Positions 12,482 to 26,102 of a DNA stretch of 64,000 nucleotides are shown here, piece by piece (positions within the stretch are counted from its first letter, which is position 1; each line of letters opens with the position of its first letter). The DNA is from Paramecium tetraurelia. Taxonomy: Eukaryota. The notes under the pieces were generated by a model that was given only the letters and a program-made list of their open reading frames with translations, did not search any database and was not told the DNA's origin. The DNA lies in contig CT868001.1 of NCBI GenBank assembly GCA_000165425.1, positions 62,001 through 126,000 of the forward strand. The letters are read 5' to 3'. The position numbers and the translations under genes are program-made.

Positions 12482-15400
12482 ATGAACTTTGAGAGACAAC
12501 TCTATGAAATATATCAAGTTGACCCAGATCAATTGCACAAAAATATGAATCAAGATAATCTCATTCTTTTATGCCAATTGGCAGATCAGAGTGATAATGA
12601 AATTACATTACAAATTGTTGGGAGCTTGGTTTCAACTTACATCGATTAGAACCATCAAAATACACCAGAATTTGCAAAGATATTTGAATTTGCATGGAAT
12701 AGAATCAAAAGATTTACTACAAATTCACGTCCAGTCTATCACTTTTTTGCTTCCATCATTGCCAATATCATATTACACTTTTATGATCAAATCCCTGTGT
12801 AATATTTTAAAGAACAAGCCTAAATAATGAACAAATAAGTGTATCTCATCATCATTGATACAGTATTAAGAAGATTACAACCATAAGAACGAGTTGGTGA
12901 ATTCAGGATCCTAGATTCAAAGCAAAAAATAGTCAGACAACAATTCTTTAAGCACAACCTTGATTTCTTTCTTGAAATCATAACTACTAGTTTGATTGGA
13001 AACAATAGCAATCCTGATTTACAATTGTTGGATAGTGCAATTGACTTGTTAAATTTGTTGTTGTCTTCAGAAATTAAAGAGGATATTAAAGAGAAAGACT
13101 GGCATAACATCAAAAGAGCTGAAGTGAAAAACAAAAGGAACTTATAAACCATTATGAGGGAAATCAAATCCTAAATTCTGGATCAGAATGAACTTGAAAA
13201 GATGATACAAAATCAACATTTAGATCACATGGATCCAATCACCAATCATATTAAAATGGTTTGGTCCATTGTCAAATATTAGTAATTCATTGCTAAAATG
13301 ACTGAATTATTACCTTTAAATATAAAGATATGGGAATCTCTTGGTAAAATTTGTAAAATATACTAAAAGTACTATTCCAATGATAAAGACAGCATTGATA
13401 TAATCTTTTAAATCACATCAAAAATCATGGTATCAGACATATCAAAAATTAACTCAATAAATTTACTCAATTTTGCAGGTAAGACAATCTTTGCCAATCA
13501 CACTCCACAATGGATTGAGTTCAATCTAAATTTAATCAAAAACTTAAATACCATAGAGGCTGTTTAAGTTGGACTCAAGTTTCTCAGAAATCTAGTGAGG
13601 TTTCAGAGATAATATGACTATAGTTAATTACATACTTTTGTTATGCCCATAATTACAAGCTTTTTTAATTCTTGGATTGTGCAAAACAACCAATGGGGTA
13701 ATGATAAATTTTTAAGAAACAATATCAAACACATATTGAAAGAAATCAGTTGCTTTATGATTGAATAATATTTAGCATTCTTCGCCTAGATGATTCAATT
13801 AAATCCTGAATAAAGTATAAAGGAAATGGCTTTTAGGTATTACTCAATCGGATTATTCGCATCCATTAAATGCACAACATATCAATTAGATGTTACGAAT
13901 AAATTGTAATTCTACAAGATGGAATAATTTCTATATCCAATCAACCTAGATCTGTTCAAACAATTTCAGTATTAAGAATTCTACAGTAAGGCCTTTGATT
14001 TCGCATTCTTATACTTGAATAACCAATCCCCTTATACAGATAGGTTCTTATATAAATTTTGGAAGGTTCTGTTTGATCAGTAGACTTTGATAAAATTTGA
14101 AGAAATAGTATAGAAAATATAAATAGATAGAAAAATACTGTTTAATTTTAGTAGAATATTTTTATTTAATGATCAAGATTTGATATAGAAGGCCTTAAGG
14201 GTATTTGTCAATGCTAAAATTAAAATGGAAGATCAATTTTATTAAATCAATCAAATCAATATCCCAAAGGAATGTTTTTCTGACTTTCATGAGTTTCGCA
14301 TCATTCCCAACTAAAAGATTATTACTCTCTATCACAAAGTCAAAATGTATTTGCTCAATGTTTAAAATGAATCTATTCATGATCAATTAGTATCTGAGCA
14401 ATTAATATAGAAATTTAAAAATGATGTTCTTCAGTTTATGGATTAAATTTAAATCACTCGAGACATTGTTTTTATTTTGTAGAGCATGTTGAATGAAAAC
14501 GTAAGGAGTTTATATGGAGTCATTATGCAAATAATAGACGATAAAGGCTATTTGAAATTATTTGCATAGGCAGTCGATTTGGATATGCTGAAATTAACCA
14601 GAATGATGATAAATACAACAGGGTAGATTGGACAATTGAAGTAAGTTATGGTTGATCAACTTTATGAATGGATTTTACTGGTAGTTTAGAAAGTACAAAT
14701 TCATCTAGATTCTATAAACAGGGAATTCAATTAAGAAAGACAATTAGGATAAAAGAGTATCTAAAATATATACAAACTTTATTACAAACCCCTGCTATAA
14801 TTATTAAAGATATTCGAAAATTTAAAATACCTTAATCGATTATTAACAAGCAAAAAGCAAGTCAGAATTTAGATTTATCAATCAATTTTACTAATTTTCA
14901 AATACATTAATCTCAATGATCTAAGCAACTACATTCACAAAATGTCATCATTATTCTATGTTATCCAATGGTTATTGGAATTTGAAATTACGAGATAAAT
15001 GATAACTGATGAGATATTCGGAAATATTTTAGATGTAACTCTATTCATATTAAATTAGTTTATCAACTGTGCGTTATTAATACAGGAGAAACGATCCCTG
15101 ATGACCTGCTTAAAGATAATCTCAGATATCTAGACATATGATTAGTTTAGCCATTCTTAATATGTAAGTTTATTAGTTCATTCTTTAGATTTAACAGAGA
15201 TTAGTTGCTGAGAATTGTTTGTTTGGTGCCTTTTTGTATAACATAAGAATCTCCGATATATCAGTCTTGACTTTAAGGTACTTTTAAAGAATGCCCAATG
15301 ATTTTACTGTTCTATTCTCTAAACTTAAACAGAGAATGCAACCGTATAAAAGTCAAGAATGGGATTAGATTATAAATGTCAAATTAGATAAGCTGTACTC

Positions 15401-15515
15401 AATCATTCCAAAATAATAATAACTTATTAAGGCAACAGCTTCAAACAAATAAATTGAAAAAACCTTCCAGGAATATTTTTATTAAGTATAATTATTTTAT
15501 AATTATTATCCATGA
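12482..15515 (+). CDS. Large (~1000 aa) helical protein, possibly ARM/HEAT (karyopherin-like)
   Basis: Long open frame under the ciliate code, one 25-nt intron near 15164-15188, TGA 15513-15515. The fold is inferred only from the amphipathic helical pattern and size. Confidence 0.65.
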
Positions 15516-15791
15516 TAAATTAATGTACATTCATCCATTATCCTAGTAAAATTGATAAAAATTCAACATCATCCAAAATATGATATAACTTCTAATATTA
15601 TTATTTCATATTTATTTAATTAGCATTCTAAACTTGCTTTATAAATCAATTACAGAAGTGCAATCATAGATAAGATGCTATATATTTGAATGGGTAGAAA
15701 ATATTATAAATTTACAATTAAGTTTTAATTGTACATTTATAAAATATGAAAATCAAATAATTGTAGATAAATGTTATATAATAAACATATC

Positions 15792-16465
15792 TCATTATTT
15801 CAAAATGTAAGGATCTCCTTTCTTTAATCTTTCTTGGAGGATTTAATCGTAATTCTCTACTTTGCTTGATTAAACTCCTGGTAGTGATAAAATTTGTTTA
15901 GAGTATTCTTATAATCTTGGAAATCCTTCGTAGACATCCAATTTGAAAAGTGGCTTAATTGCCTCAAGCAATGTGAATATTGGTGCATAAGCAAAGTCAG
16001 CTAAAGTTAATTCATTGCTATAAATGAATTTGGTTTAAGACAACCATGCTTCTAATTTCTCAAAATACCACTTCAAATCACCAAAACTGCTTTTGAATTA
16101 CTAAACATAAATATAATAGATACCTCTTCTGTTTTAGATGAAAATACACTCCAGAAAGTACCAATGATTTCTCCAGAGAATTCTGCTCTTGCTCTATTCA
16201 ATGCTTTTTATAGATTGTCAGCTGGAAGCAATGACTGAGGAGCAAGAGTATTGATATAGTCTAAAATAACAAGGGATTCGAAGATGACTGTCTCACCAAC
16301 AAAAAGGATAGGCACTTTTTCCAATGGACTTGCCTTAACAAACCAATCTGGCTTATTCTCTAAATCGATGTATTTTATTTCATAAGGGATTTTCAAGTGG
16401 TTAAGTGCTGCCACTACTCTAAGAACATATGGGCAAATGTTGAAGGATACTAATGTTAAACTCAT
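15792..16465 (-). CDS. Glutathione S-transferase (CPY, omega-like/Cys-type)
   Basis: MSLTLVSFNICPYVLRV..KPDWFVKASPLEKVP..FESLVILDYI; 23-nt intron 16101-16123 at the same position as in the 9533 paralog. Confidence 0.9.
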
Positions 16466-17435
16466 TTATTATTAATTAATGTGTAATCAACTAAGTCATT
16501 TATAAATCAGGGAATTAGAATTTCTTAATTCTAAAATAAAAGAAGCGAACATTCATTAAACAATTGTTTATATTGATTCTAAACTCTATAATTTTAATAT
16601 CTAACTTCGGAATTACTCTAATTTCTTGGCCACAGCTGGCGAAGATCATTAAATCAATGACTCCACCACCTGTGAATTCCTATATATATTCTTTTATTAA
16701 ATATCTATCAGATGTATGAACAACATAAACTCATGATGAAGAAAAAGGGAGCAAAAGCAAAACGACCTATTTTAAATAATTGTATGCATTTTTGTATATT
16801 ATGAAAGCATATAATATAAAGAAATCTAATATCAACTCCTTGAATATAGTACGCTTCCTATGATTTTTCCAGAAAATACACTTCAAAAGATTTCCAAAGG
16901 TTTCTTTTGTAATAAGCTGTGAACTCAAAGTATAAACCAAAGAATAAGAGCATTTATATAATGTTTATTACTAAAATAAAGGTTCACTTGAATGGATAGA
17001 CAACCAATGGATTATAAATAATAGGAATTAAGAATGATAATTTTTAATACTTAAAATTCTCAACAATATTTACTAGTTTGATGATTATACAGAGATTGTT
17101 GAATTTGCATCATTCATTCTCTTAGTATTAAGTCTTTTCTTTGAAATTAGAAAGTGTTATTAACTACTTCTTATATATATTTATGATACATAGTAATTAG
17201 TCGAAAAAATAAATTTGAGTTTTTGCAATTGAAAATAAAGATTGAGAAAAGAAATATCTATCCCTTATCTATACCACCTTTACTCATTTTAACCATTTAG
17301 TATATAATAACTTAATAAAATAATAGCATATGAAAAATATATATAATTATTTATAGTTTATGCTAAGAATCTTATATCCTTTTGACTGAAAGATCCTTGA
17401 AATTTAATCATAAATACTTTTTAATTATGATATTT

Positions 17436-19402
17436 TCATTATTTTAATTCTATGTATTCTGACCCTTATAATTTTCCCTTTTGAATCAATATTTTAATAG
17501 CTTCCTTTATATTGTTTTCGGTGATAGGAGTTGAAAATTCACTTTTGAAAGTTGTTTTGAACAACTGAACAATCTTCTCAATTTTCAGAGTGCCTGTTTA
17601 TTTTAACAATTCAATCAAATTATGAGAAATTTATTGAATAAGTTGGTTGGACTATAAGAAATTAGTAGATGAGACAAACAAGTCTTCAGGTATTTCTTCA
17701 ATCAATAAATCATCACAAGCTAGGATAAATATATATGATACATTAAGGAACATATATTTTGACAGATGTATAGCAAATTACATCATTTTCACCTTTTTAT
17801 TCTCTAATGACTCCTTTCTAAACCCAAAATTGCATTCTCCTCTTCAAATCTTCATGGTTCATTTGTAATTATTAAGCCAGGGCATCACTGTACAATCCCT
17901 TAGAATCATCATCATTGAAATATCCAATTATACAAGCATGAATTGGCAAACATTTGAATTCAAAATCTCCATTATCGAAAGTCAAATCCAAAGTGACACT
18001 GCCTAAGTCATGATGCCATAATAAAGAACGCATAGTCTTGATTTTCTCGAATCTTTTTTGATAATCATTAAATAATTGTTCAATGGCTGGAGGTAACTTA
18101 AATGTAGGTTTAAATTCATAACTGATTGGCCAGAAGGTTTTGCTTAAAAACAGTGGTTTCAACATATTGAATTGGGTTGTCAATGATTAAATATTAGTAT
18201 CAATACGTTTGCTTTCATAAATGTCTTTCATCATAATACTGCAGGTATTCATCGATTATTCACCAAAACGAATCTTCATGAGTTCAATATTGGCAATCTC
18301 TTACTCTAAAGAGAAATCTTTTGGAGTCAATATCTTTTCAGCAACCATGTTTTAATATTCACTTATAAATGCTTCTTAAGATCCATATAAACTAACTAAA
18401 ACACTTGTTAAATCCTTTTCTTGAGAGGATTCTTCATCAGATGAATCTTATTATTCAAATATCATAACTTTATCAGTTGAATAGTTTTATTAAGTCAAGA
18501 TACCGATAATGCATCTTAAGAAATCAGATCTCTATAATAAATATTCTTTGATTGGCTTAGTGACTTTATCAAATACCATGTAGTCCGAATCTACAAACTA
18601 TAACACCTTCAATAAATTCACATAGAATTTTAGAATAGTATCAGTATTCACTCCTGAAATCAATAATCTCTTTTTCATCTGTTGTTACAAACATGAATCC
18701 ATATTGGCATACATTTTAGTTACTTCCATGCTAGATTTAAATTCGTGTAGATGATCACTTGTATCAGGGTAGTAGAGCACAGCTTCAAACATGTTCTTGA
18801 TGGTTCTGTCTGCATGAACTTATTATATAATATTTTTGGCCAAAGGTTCAATTGATTCCAGAGCAGCTCCGAATTCCAATAGCTCATTTAAGAAACCCTC
18901 CTCTGAATACACTTTTTCTGCATACAATTTCAATAACTCTATTGTAATTGTTTAGTATTGCTCTTTGAAATTCAAATTATTTAATGATTTAAGTCGATCT
19001 TATATGTCGTATTCAAGTTCATATTTTTCAACCACAGTCCTCACCTAATCAAATAGACTGTAATCCTATTTTATTCCCATAAATTTGACGAAATCAGCCA
19101 AATAATCAATTTTACCTTCTTCTTCAAGTGCACTACTCATCAACTTCTAAATGGGTTCTAATGAACTTAACTTGTTCTCTTTTGCAAAATCTAAGGATTA
19201 ATGATAAAATAATACACTTATAATTCTCATAGCAGATATCTAATATTCCTGCCTATCTCACAATAGGCCAGATTTCTGCTATCTTATTAGGGTCACTTTA
19301 TAACTAAGAATAATATTGCTAGTATGCCTTCTACTACGCAATAATTGTGTCATATTGAGTTTGACTAACAAATTAAGAGTTAAGTATGTCAAATATGTTC
19401 AT
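17436..19402 (-). CDS. APC2: Anaphase-promoting complex subunit 2 (cullin-like)
   Basis: LVSLYGSQEAFISEYQ, NIELMKIRFG, FLSKTFWP, KTMRSLLWHHDLGSVTL are APC2/cullin motifs. Confidence 0.85.
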
Positions 19403-20269
19403 TCAAATTTCAATTTTTATTAAATAAATATAAATAACTATAGTATTTTATAGGAGAAATGATCCAAACAATTAAAACATTAATCAAACTTTGATTTTAA
19501 TTATCTAGTACCTTTAACTATAAATTGAATGCATTCTGTATTATAATAAATAAAATATAATAGTTAATATTATATTAATTGTATAAGCAAAGACAATTAA
19601 TTTTGACTTATATAGCGAAATACTCTTGCTTTTAATATTGTTAATTATTTAACTATTTTTGTATATTTCTTTTATAAATAATCAAATTATAAACAATAAT
19701 TCATTCCTTTCCTCTAAAATTTTGTCTTAAAGTTCTAAGTTTTTTGTTTATTTTAGATTTGGGAGCAAATATATTTATCATTAAAAAGAATTTTTAGTTC
19801 AGTTGATTAGTTTATGATATTTAAACAATCAAAAATTACCAATAGATCTAAGAATTTTATTTTGTATTACATAGAGAATTTAGACTTTAAAAAAGAATAA
19901 TTTTTTCCTTTGATACAATTATGTTAATCATCCCTAGCTTTCGACATTGAACTTCTTAAAATTCTAATTACTTATAACAAGATTTGTATTTAAATAACTA
20001 AGCATAATAATTTAGATATTCGATTATTGATTGTTAATTAAGTATTATCTAATTTTAATAATTCAATCAAAATATACCAATAATCCCCATATATATTTTG
20101 GCTTATTAATTGTAATTTAACTACCTTAAGATAATTTGAATAAATACTTTTATTGTGAATTTTGTTATTCCAACAATATGAATGAATAAATATAAACATA
20201 ATTTGTGAATACAATTTTTCGATCTATTAAATAGATTTATTCAGTTAGATGTATAAAAATTAATATAAC

Positions 20270-20620
20270 TCATTCTTTGGGTGTAATTTTCTTGGCTTCC
20301 ATTTTTAAATCCTTTTCTAACTTTTAGATGCATTTATAATTATCTCCTTCATCTGGTCTATGTTTCAAACAATCAACAAATCTATGTTCAAAGTAGAGTC
20401 CTTAGTATCTAAACTTCTTTGACATCTCATTAAATTGATTGACTAATTGCAATGCGCAATTTACATAATTGTCCACAGATTTGATATTTTCTTAATAGCA
20501 CTTTTCTTTTTGTTCAAACATGTAATTGGTTAGATAATATTTAGTGAGATTTTAGAATTCTTATACATGATAACTGATTTTTTCAGTATACTTCATTTCT
20601 TTCTCATACCTTTTATCCAT
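20270..20620 (-). CDS. Small hypothetical protein (116 aa) with two Cys pairs
   Basis: Intronless 351-nt frame MDKRYEKEMKYTE..KCY..NCA..DCL..KCI..TPKE-TGA; alternative start at 20596. Confidence 0.65.
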
Positions 20621-21494
20621 TAAAATATTTATTTTATATATTTTTTAATTTTTTTAAGTACTTAATGGGATCTGATTCCTTAACCTTCCCATTCAATTAA
20701 GAATATCTAAAGTATGGATTGCCCATTCTTTCTTCAATGAGCGAGGTGGGAATCAAATTATCTAATCCCATTTTATTTTAAACAACAATGTTGTCAGGTT
20801 CAAGAGTTTTGGCAAACAGAAACACTTCCTATTATGGTAGATGACCTGGGAAGATTAAGGTCTCATCATGAAATCCTCTTAACTTTTATAAAGTAGCGAA
20901 GAATGCTCCGTAATCTTCGATTTCTCCAACATTACTTATCATTATTATTTAACTAAACTTACTTCACTAATATGGTATCTCCAGAAAATAAGATGGGAAT
21001 CTTAGTGGATTACGAATTCGTATCTGTCACAGCAATCATGTAATTATCAAAGGTGTCTAAATTAAGAATTCAATTGTACGTCCATTAGCTTAGATGAAAC
21101 AAACTGCTAAATCTCCAATTTAAAAAGGTTAGAATTCTCTGGCAAAATCAGTTTAAAAAAGTGTGCACAACTTATTTTCAACAACTCCACTATAGACCTT
21201 CGCGTCTTTGAATTTTGAATAGAGTTCTAAAACACTTGCAGTATGATTAGATCTTCCATGTGTTTAGAGGATATAATTCAAGCGATATCCCGAATTCACT
21301 TCCAGATTCTTTATATTATAGAAGGCGGCTTCAAAATCTCCAGGATCAATTGATATGATAGATTTGGTTTGGTGATCCAAAAGTAGGTAAGCAATATAGT
21401 GGTCTCTATAGTTATAGGAATATATTTGTTATAAAAGCGAATGATTCTAAGAGGAGTATTTTGAGAAGCTGTATGCAAATCTGAATAATTTCAT
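20604..21494 (-). CDS. Glyoxalase II/hydroxyacylglutathione hydrolase-like metallo-beta-lactamase protein with degenerate metal motif
   Basis: AYLLLD..IDPGD, THGRSNH, LFSGDT, FPGH, IPTSLIEERMGNPYFR; N-terminus resembles a mitochondrial presequence. 3' end uncertain. Confidence 0.75.
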
Positions 21495-21506
21495 ATTATA
21501 TATTTA

Positions 21507-22205
21507 ATGAAAGGTTAAAAATTATGGAAAAAATTGAAGGGCTATCTTCTCGAGAACTAAGACTATAAGCCAGACATAAATGATGTGCAAATATTCAAAA
21601 AAGAAATCAAAGATGATATTATAATCTATTAAGTGGAAGATGTAATTGTCAAACAATCCAATAAATAATTATTACCTGATAAGAGTTAATTGAACTAAGT
21701 TAATGAAAATGATATAGATAATACAGGCGTCTTTTATTGGCCATCAGAGATCATTTTAACAAAATACATCTTAGGTGATCTTGACAGAATAAAGAATTAC
21801 AACATTGTCGAACTTGGAGCAGGGAGATCTGGTTTTTGTGGGCTTGTACTAGCCAAGAAAGGATTTAATGTTATTCTGACAGATGGAAATTAATCTATTA
21901 TAAATGAACTTAAGGAAAATGTTATTTTAAATGAATTAAATTTATAAGTCGAAGCATTAAAGTGGTAATCTGGAGATCCCTATGCGAACACATGTGCATT
22001 GATATCTGACTGCTTCTTTTTTGAGAATTATCATAATGATTTAATCCAAATGATAAAACGATTTTGCTTTGCCATAGGTGCAGCGCCATCTCGTGGAGGA
22101 TCATTGGAACGATTCATAAATAAATGTTAGAATCAAAATATTGAGTGTAAACAACTTAATATTCTTCATGATACTTAAATAATTTTATTTAATGTTATAA
22201 ATTGA
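21507..22205 (+). CDS. CAMKMT: Calmodulin-lysine N-methyltransferase-like (METTL21/MTF16 family)
   Basis: LWKKLK, IDNTGVFYWPSE, IVELGAGRSG, VILTDGN, ISDCFFF, APSRGGSL; intronless, 699 nt. Confidence 0.8.
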
Positions 22206-22224
22206 ATTTTATTCCTTTTGAATA

Positions 22225-23724
22225 TCACTCTTCTCTTACGTAAAGGCATAAGTTACGAAAATCATCAGCCACAATATACTTTGCATCCTTTGATACATCA
22301 AGATTCCAACAATTCACTTTAATCTATTACTTGACGATCCATTCATTATCATTTTATTAATCTTCTTCAAACAGTTAAATTGAATGATTTCCTATGATAA
22401 TCAGTTTTGAATTCAATCTAAACTTAATAGTGCATCCAAATGTTGAAGAACTACTATAAATTGCTTATGCTTCATAAAATAAACCTTGAATATCTGGTTT
22501 CCAAAAAGCACGATTTCCAAATCTATTGACAGCACAAAAAATATTCTTAACTGAATCACTAAATTAAGCATAGATTATTGATTGATTTTCAAAACATTAG
22601 TAAATTTCTATTTAATTTGAATTACTAATCTTCCATATTACCAAAATATCTTCACATGCTGTTAGTAAAAATGATGAATTATAATTAAAACTTATACTCC
22701 GCACAATTTTTTTGTGTTTCTAAGGAAGAGATATTTTATTTCTTTCTTCGTTCCCTTATTAAGGCCATAACATTACTATATTTTTTAAAGTTAACCCTAT
22801 CAATTCAGACATACTGATTTAAATTAAATGTATAGTTTGTAGCATCTCAAATTATTTAATATGTGTCCAATGGTTTTATTAGTTTTCTTCATAAACTTCA
22901 AGGTACTTATCAGAAACAACGTAAATCCTATTAACCATTTTGCTACAAGCAATTGAAGAGATATTTTAGGATTTTTATTCTAATTTTTGATAAGCAGTCA
23001 ATTTGTTATTTACGATTTTAAAGGCAGTCAAAGGCAATTCATGACTATGTGCAAAAACATATTAATTATCTACACTAAATTCTATTCCTCTAATTTGTTA
23101 GGAGTATTATATTCTATCTTTTTCAATATAGTTTTTATATCCTGTTGGTTTTTCATTAAAACAATCTTCTTCGTCTGTTTAAATCGAACTTTAGGTTTAA
23201 TAATCAGGATTGAAGGAATTTTCAATTTAAATTTTGAGTTAATTTACTTTTTTAATTTTATTATGAAGAATAATGATTTATTATTGTATAATACTATTTG
23301 TCTTATTATAAGAGAATGAATGGTTATCCAATCGAAAATTGAGTGCAAAAAGAGTACTCAATTGTTTTAAATCTTCAGATGTAAATTATTAGATACTGGA
23401 GTAATAGTTGATAGTTTCAGGAGTAATTATCTGTTATTTGAAGAATTTAATTTAATCCTTGACTTATTTACTAAAACTTTCAATTACTTAAAGAAATTCT
23501 TGCTTGATTGCATTTATTCTATTTGATAAAAAGTTGAGATAGTTTTCAACATTCGATTCGTCTTCTATCTGAATTTTTGAAAGTCGGTCTAAAATTTGCA
23601 CTATCTCAAGGCTGCCATCTTAGGATTTAGGGCATTTTGAGCAAAATAATTAGAGTTCTTCTGTAGGAAATTAAATCAAAGTAATTTCAGCAATTGGTTG
23701 TTAGTGATGAAGACACAATGGCAT
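22225..23724 (-). CDS. Protein with N-terminal Cys/His motif, coiled coil and C-terminal WD40-like repeats
   Basis: 1500-nt frame starting MPLCLHHQQ..LFCSKC; WD-like segments near the C-terminus (HKKIVRSISFN..LLTACEDILVIW). Confidence 0.7.
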
Positions 23725-23822
23725 TTAAATTTATTTCATCAGAATTTGTTGAAATTTTATTTGTAATGAAATAAAATATTAGTTGAATGTGTTTAAATTA
23801 TTATTGGGATGAATTAAAATAC

Positions 23823-25958
23823 TCAATGTAAATTAGTGCATCCTTCATGAATGTTTCTAAGTTCAGTTTCATTGGCTGGAGTTTATGAAATAGTAGATTT
23901 CCAGTGTGTTTTAAGAACATCAGCAGCAAACTCAATAAATAATGTGTCTTGAATCATACAAGCATGTCCACAATGGTCGATTCCCTTAAAATGATAAATG
24001 AAATAAATTTACAGTTTATCCAAATTTGCAAGAACAAGTAAGTCCTAAATATCCTGACTCAGTGAATTGTCTTTGTCCTTGAGCATCTTTTGAATCATAA
24101 ATAGATGAGACGGCATCTCCATTATATTATGAACAATACTCAACCAATTTAGTTGGAATAGTGGTTAATCCATGGTTGTGTTCATATATCCATTTGATAC
24201 CTGGAGTCATGGCTGAGGAGGCAAGAACTGTGCTGTCTCCAATGGCTTTGGTGATATGATCTGGGAAATAGAAATCATCACTAGACTCAACAATAGGTTT
24301 AGGTTGTTTCTTGTATTCAAATTGGAATGGAGTCATTTCATGAGCAGCGTAGACTATAACCATAGGTACTCCTGGATGTTCAACATTATTGGCTTTTTCT
24401 CTTTTAGTTTCTTCAACATAATCTAATATTTATTTGGCATCATTAGCAGCGATGGTGTCATTAATAGCTTCTTTGGTAGATTCTTCAGTTGAATAATACA
24501 ATTTGTCAACGACTTTCAAAAAGTGTTCGCTCATATCATGCATTAACAATTAGCAATGATTGGATCTATCAGCAAAATCAGCCCCACAAATCTCACTAGG
24601 TTCTGGGAACCAAGGTAGAGGATTTGCTCTTGTTGGTCTCTTTCCAGTTGAAATGAACTCGGTATCCCATTTCATTCTGTCAAGAATTTCTTACATCCAT
24701 GGTTCATCTCTGAATCTTGTGAATGTATCCTTGGGATATAAATCCACAATACTGGCAGATGTACGAGCCATCTTCCTTTGAGCATACCAGTTAATACCAG
24801 CATCCAGGATTAACACTTTAAACATAAAGCTGTCATCTCCACCTACTTAAGGTTTGAATGTTTTAGTTGCTCCCAAAAGAGGTCCAGCAATTGTCACAAT
24901 ACCAGCTACTTTATCCTTCTATGCTTAAGTCATTGAGTACACTGCCTCTGTAGAATGAAGAGAACCCAAAGAATGTCCAAAGATGTAGGTTTTCTTTCCT
25001 GTCAATCTATAGAATGTTTCCACAGACTTCTTGATGTATTATTGAGATTCTGATGCTGCAATTGATTTTCTGAAATCATAGGGAGCAGCTTGCATTGTTA
25101 ATCCTGGAATGTAACCCATGTTTTTAAGAGTGTCTGAGAAAACATGATAACCTTTAGGATCACACATTGCTGCTTTGATAAGGGAATCAGTGGCTAACTC
25201 TTAGATGGCAGTTGTTCCACATTCATTATCGATTGATTTGGGAGTGTTACCAGCCCAAGTGATTTCAATACCTGGGGCAGCTGTATATCTGTCTCTTGGA
25301 TCCTTTTTAGATCTATCATAATAAAGTTCAATAAAATCTCCAAAGCATTTATCCTTCTTGTTGGTCATTGCAATTGAAAATGGACCACTTAATGCACCTA
25401 TCCACAATCTGTACTCTTCGCTTGGTTTCTTCAACCAGAATTTAGAGGCACTGCAAGTTTACCAACCACAATTTTCAAAGATATCTGGTCTTTTTGCTTA
25501 TAAGATTTCGCAATCAATTTTTACCTATTAGACTATAGAATATGACATTTATACTTATAATGCTGTGCCAATCAATCCAGGTACTAAGATAGCTGGTTAA
25601 CAAGGACCATTGATGAATTCATTCATGTAATTTTATAAGGTCATTTTGGTGTGATCTTTTCCATTTGTACAAATGTGAGCTGTGCTTTAGAGGAAGTCAG
25701 ACATCTTTTCTTTACGTAATCTTTCTTGTTCTTGATAGATTTGTTCATGATAATCTCTAAAATTATTTAATTCTATAATTACTCATATGCTGACTGTGGT
25801 TTCCAGTTTGGATCAAATCTGCTAACTCTTTTCATGCTTCCATCAGTGGAGACTATGAATGTGTCACCCTCAAACCATGGGTTATAATCTGTGTTGTCAA
25901 GATAAGGCACTATTGACAGTGTTCCAATTGCCACAATAGCAAGCAATTACTTAATCAT
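23823..25958 (-). CDS. Lecithin:cholesterol acyltransferase / group XV phospholipase A2 family
   Basis: Signal peptide, PAILVPGLIGT, AAPYDFRKS, nucleophile elbow IFGHSLGS, GDSTV; two short introns. Confidence 0.9.
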
Positions 25959-26102
25959 TCAAAAAATAATTAATTCTAAATGATGAAACATTGAATGATA
26001 TCATTCATCAATTAATCATCATTAGATTAATAAGACATACAATTAATGATTGATTATTGAATTATTATTTATATAGAATAATGCTATTCAATAACTTTGA
26101 AG

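Noticed and set aside
16600..17120. Minus-strand ~125-codon open frame upstream of the GST
   Set aside because: No recognisable motif or consistent exon structure; such frames arise by chance with a single stop codon.
4720..21494. Sulfur/glutathione detox gene cluster (SQOR, two GSTs, glyoxalase II-like)
   Set aside because: Interspersed with unrelated genes, SQOR is broken and the MBL protein lacks its ligands; no evidence of functional clustering.
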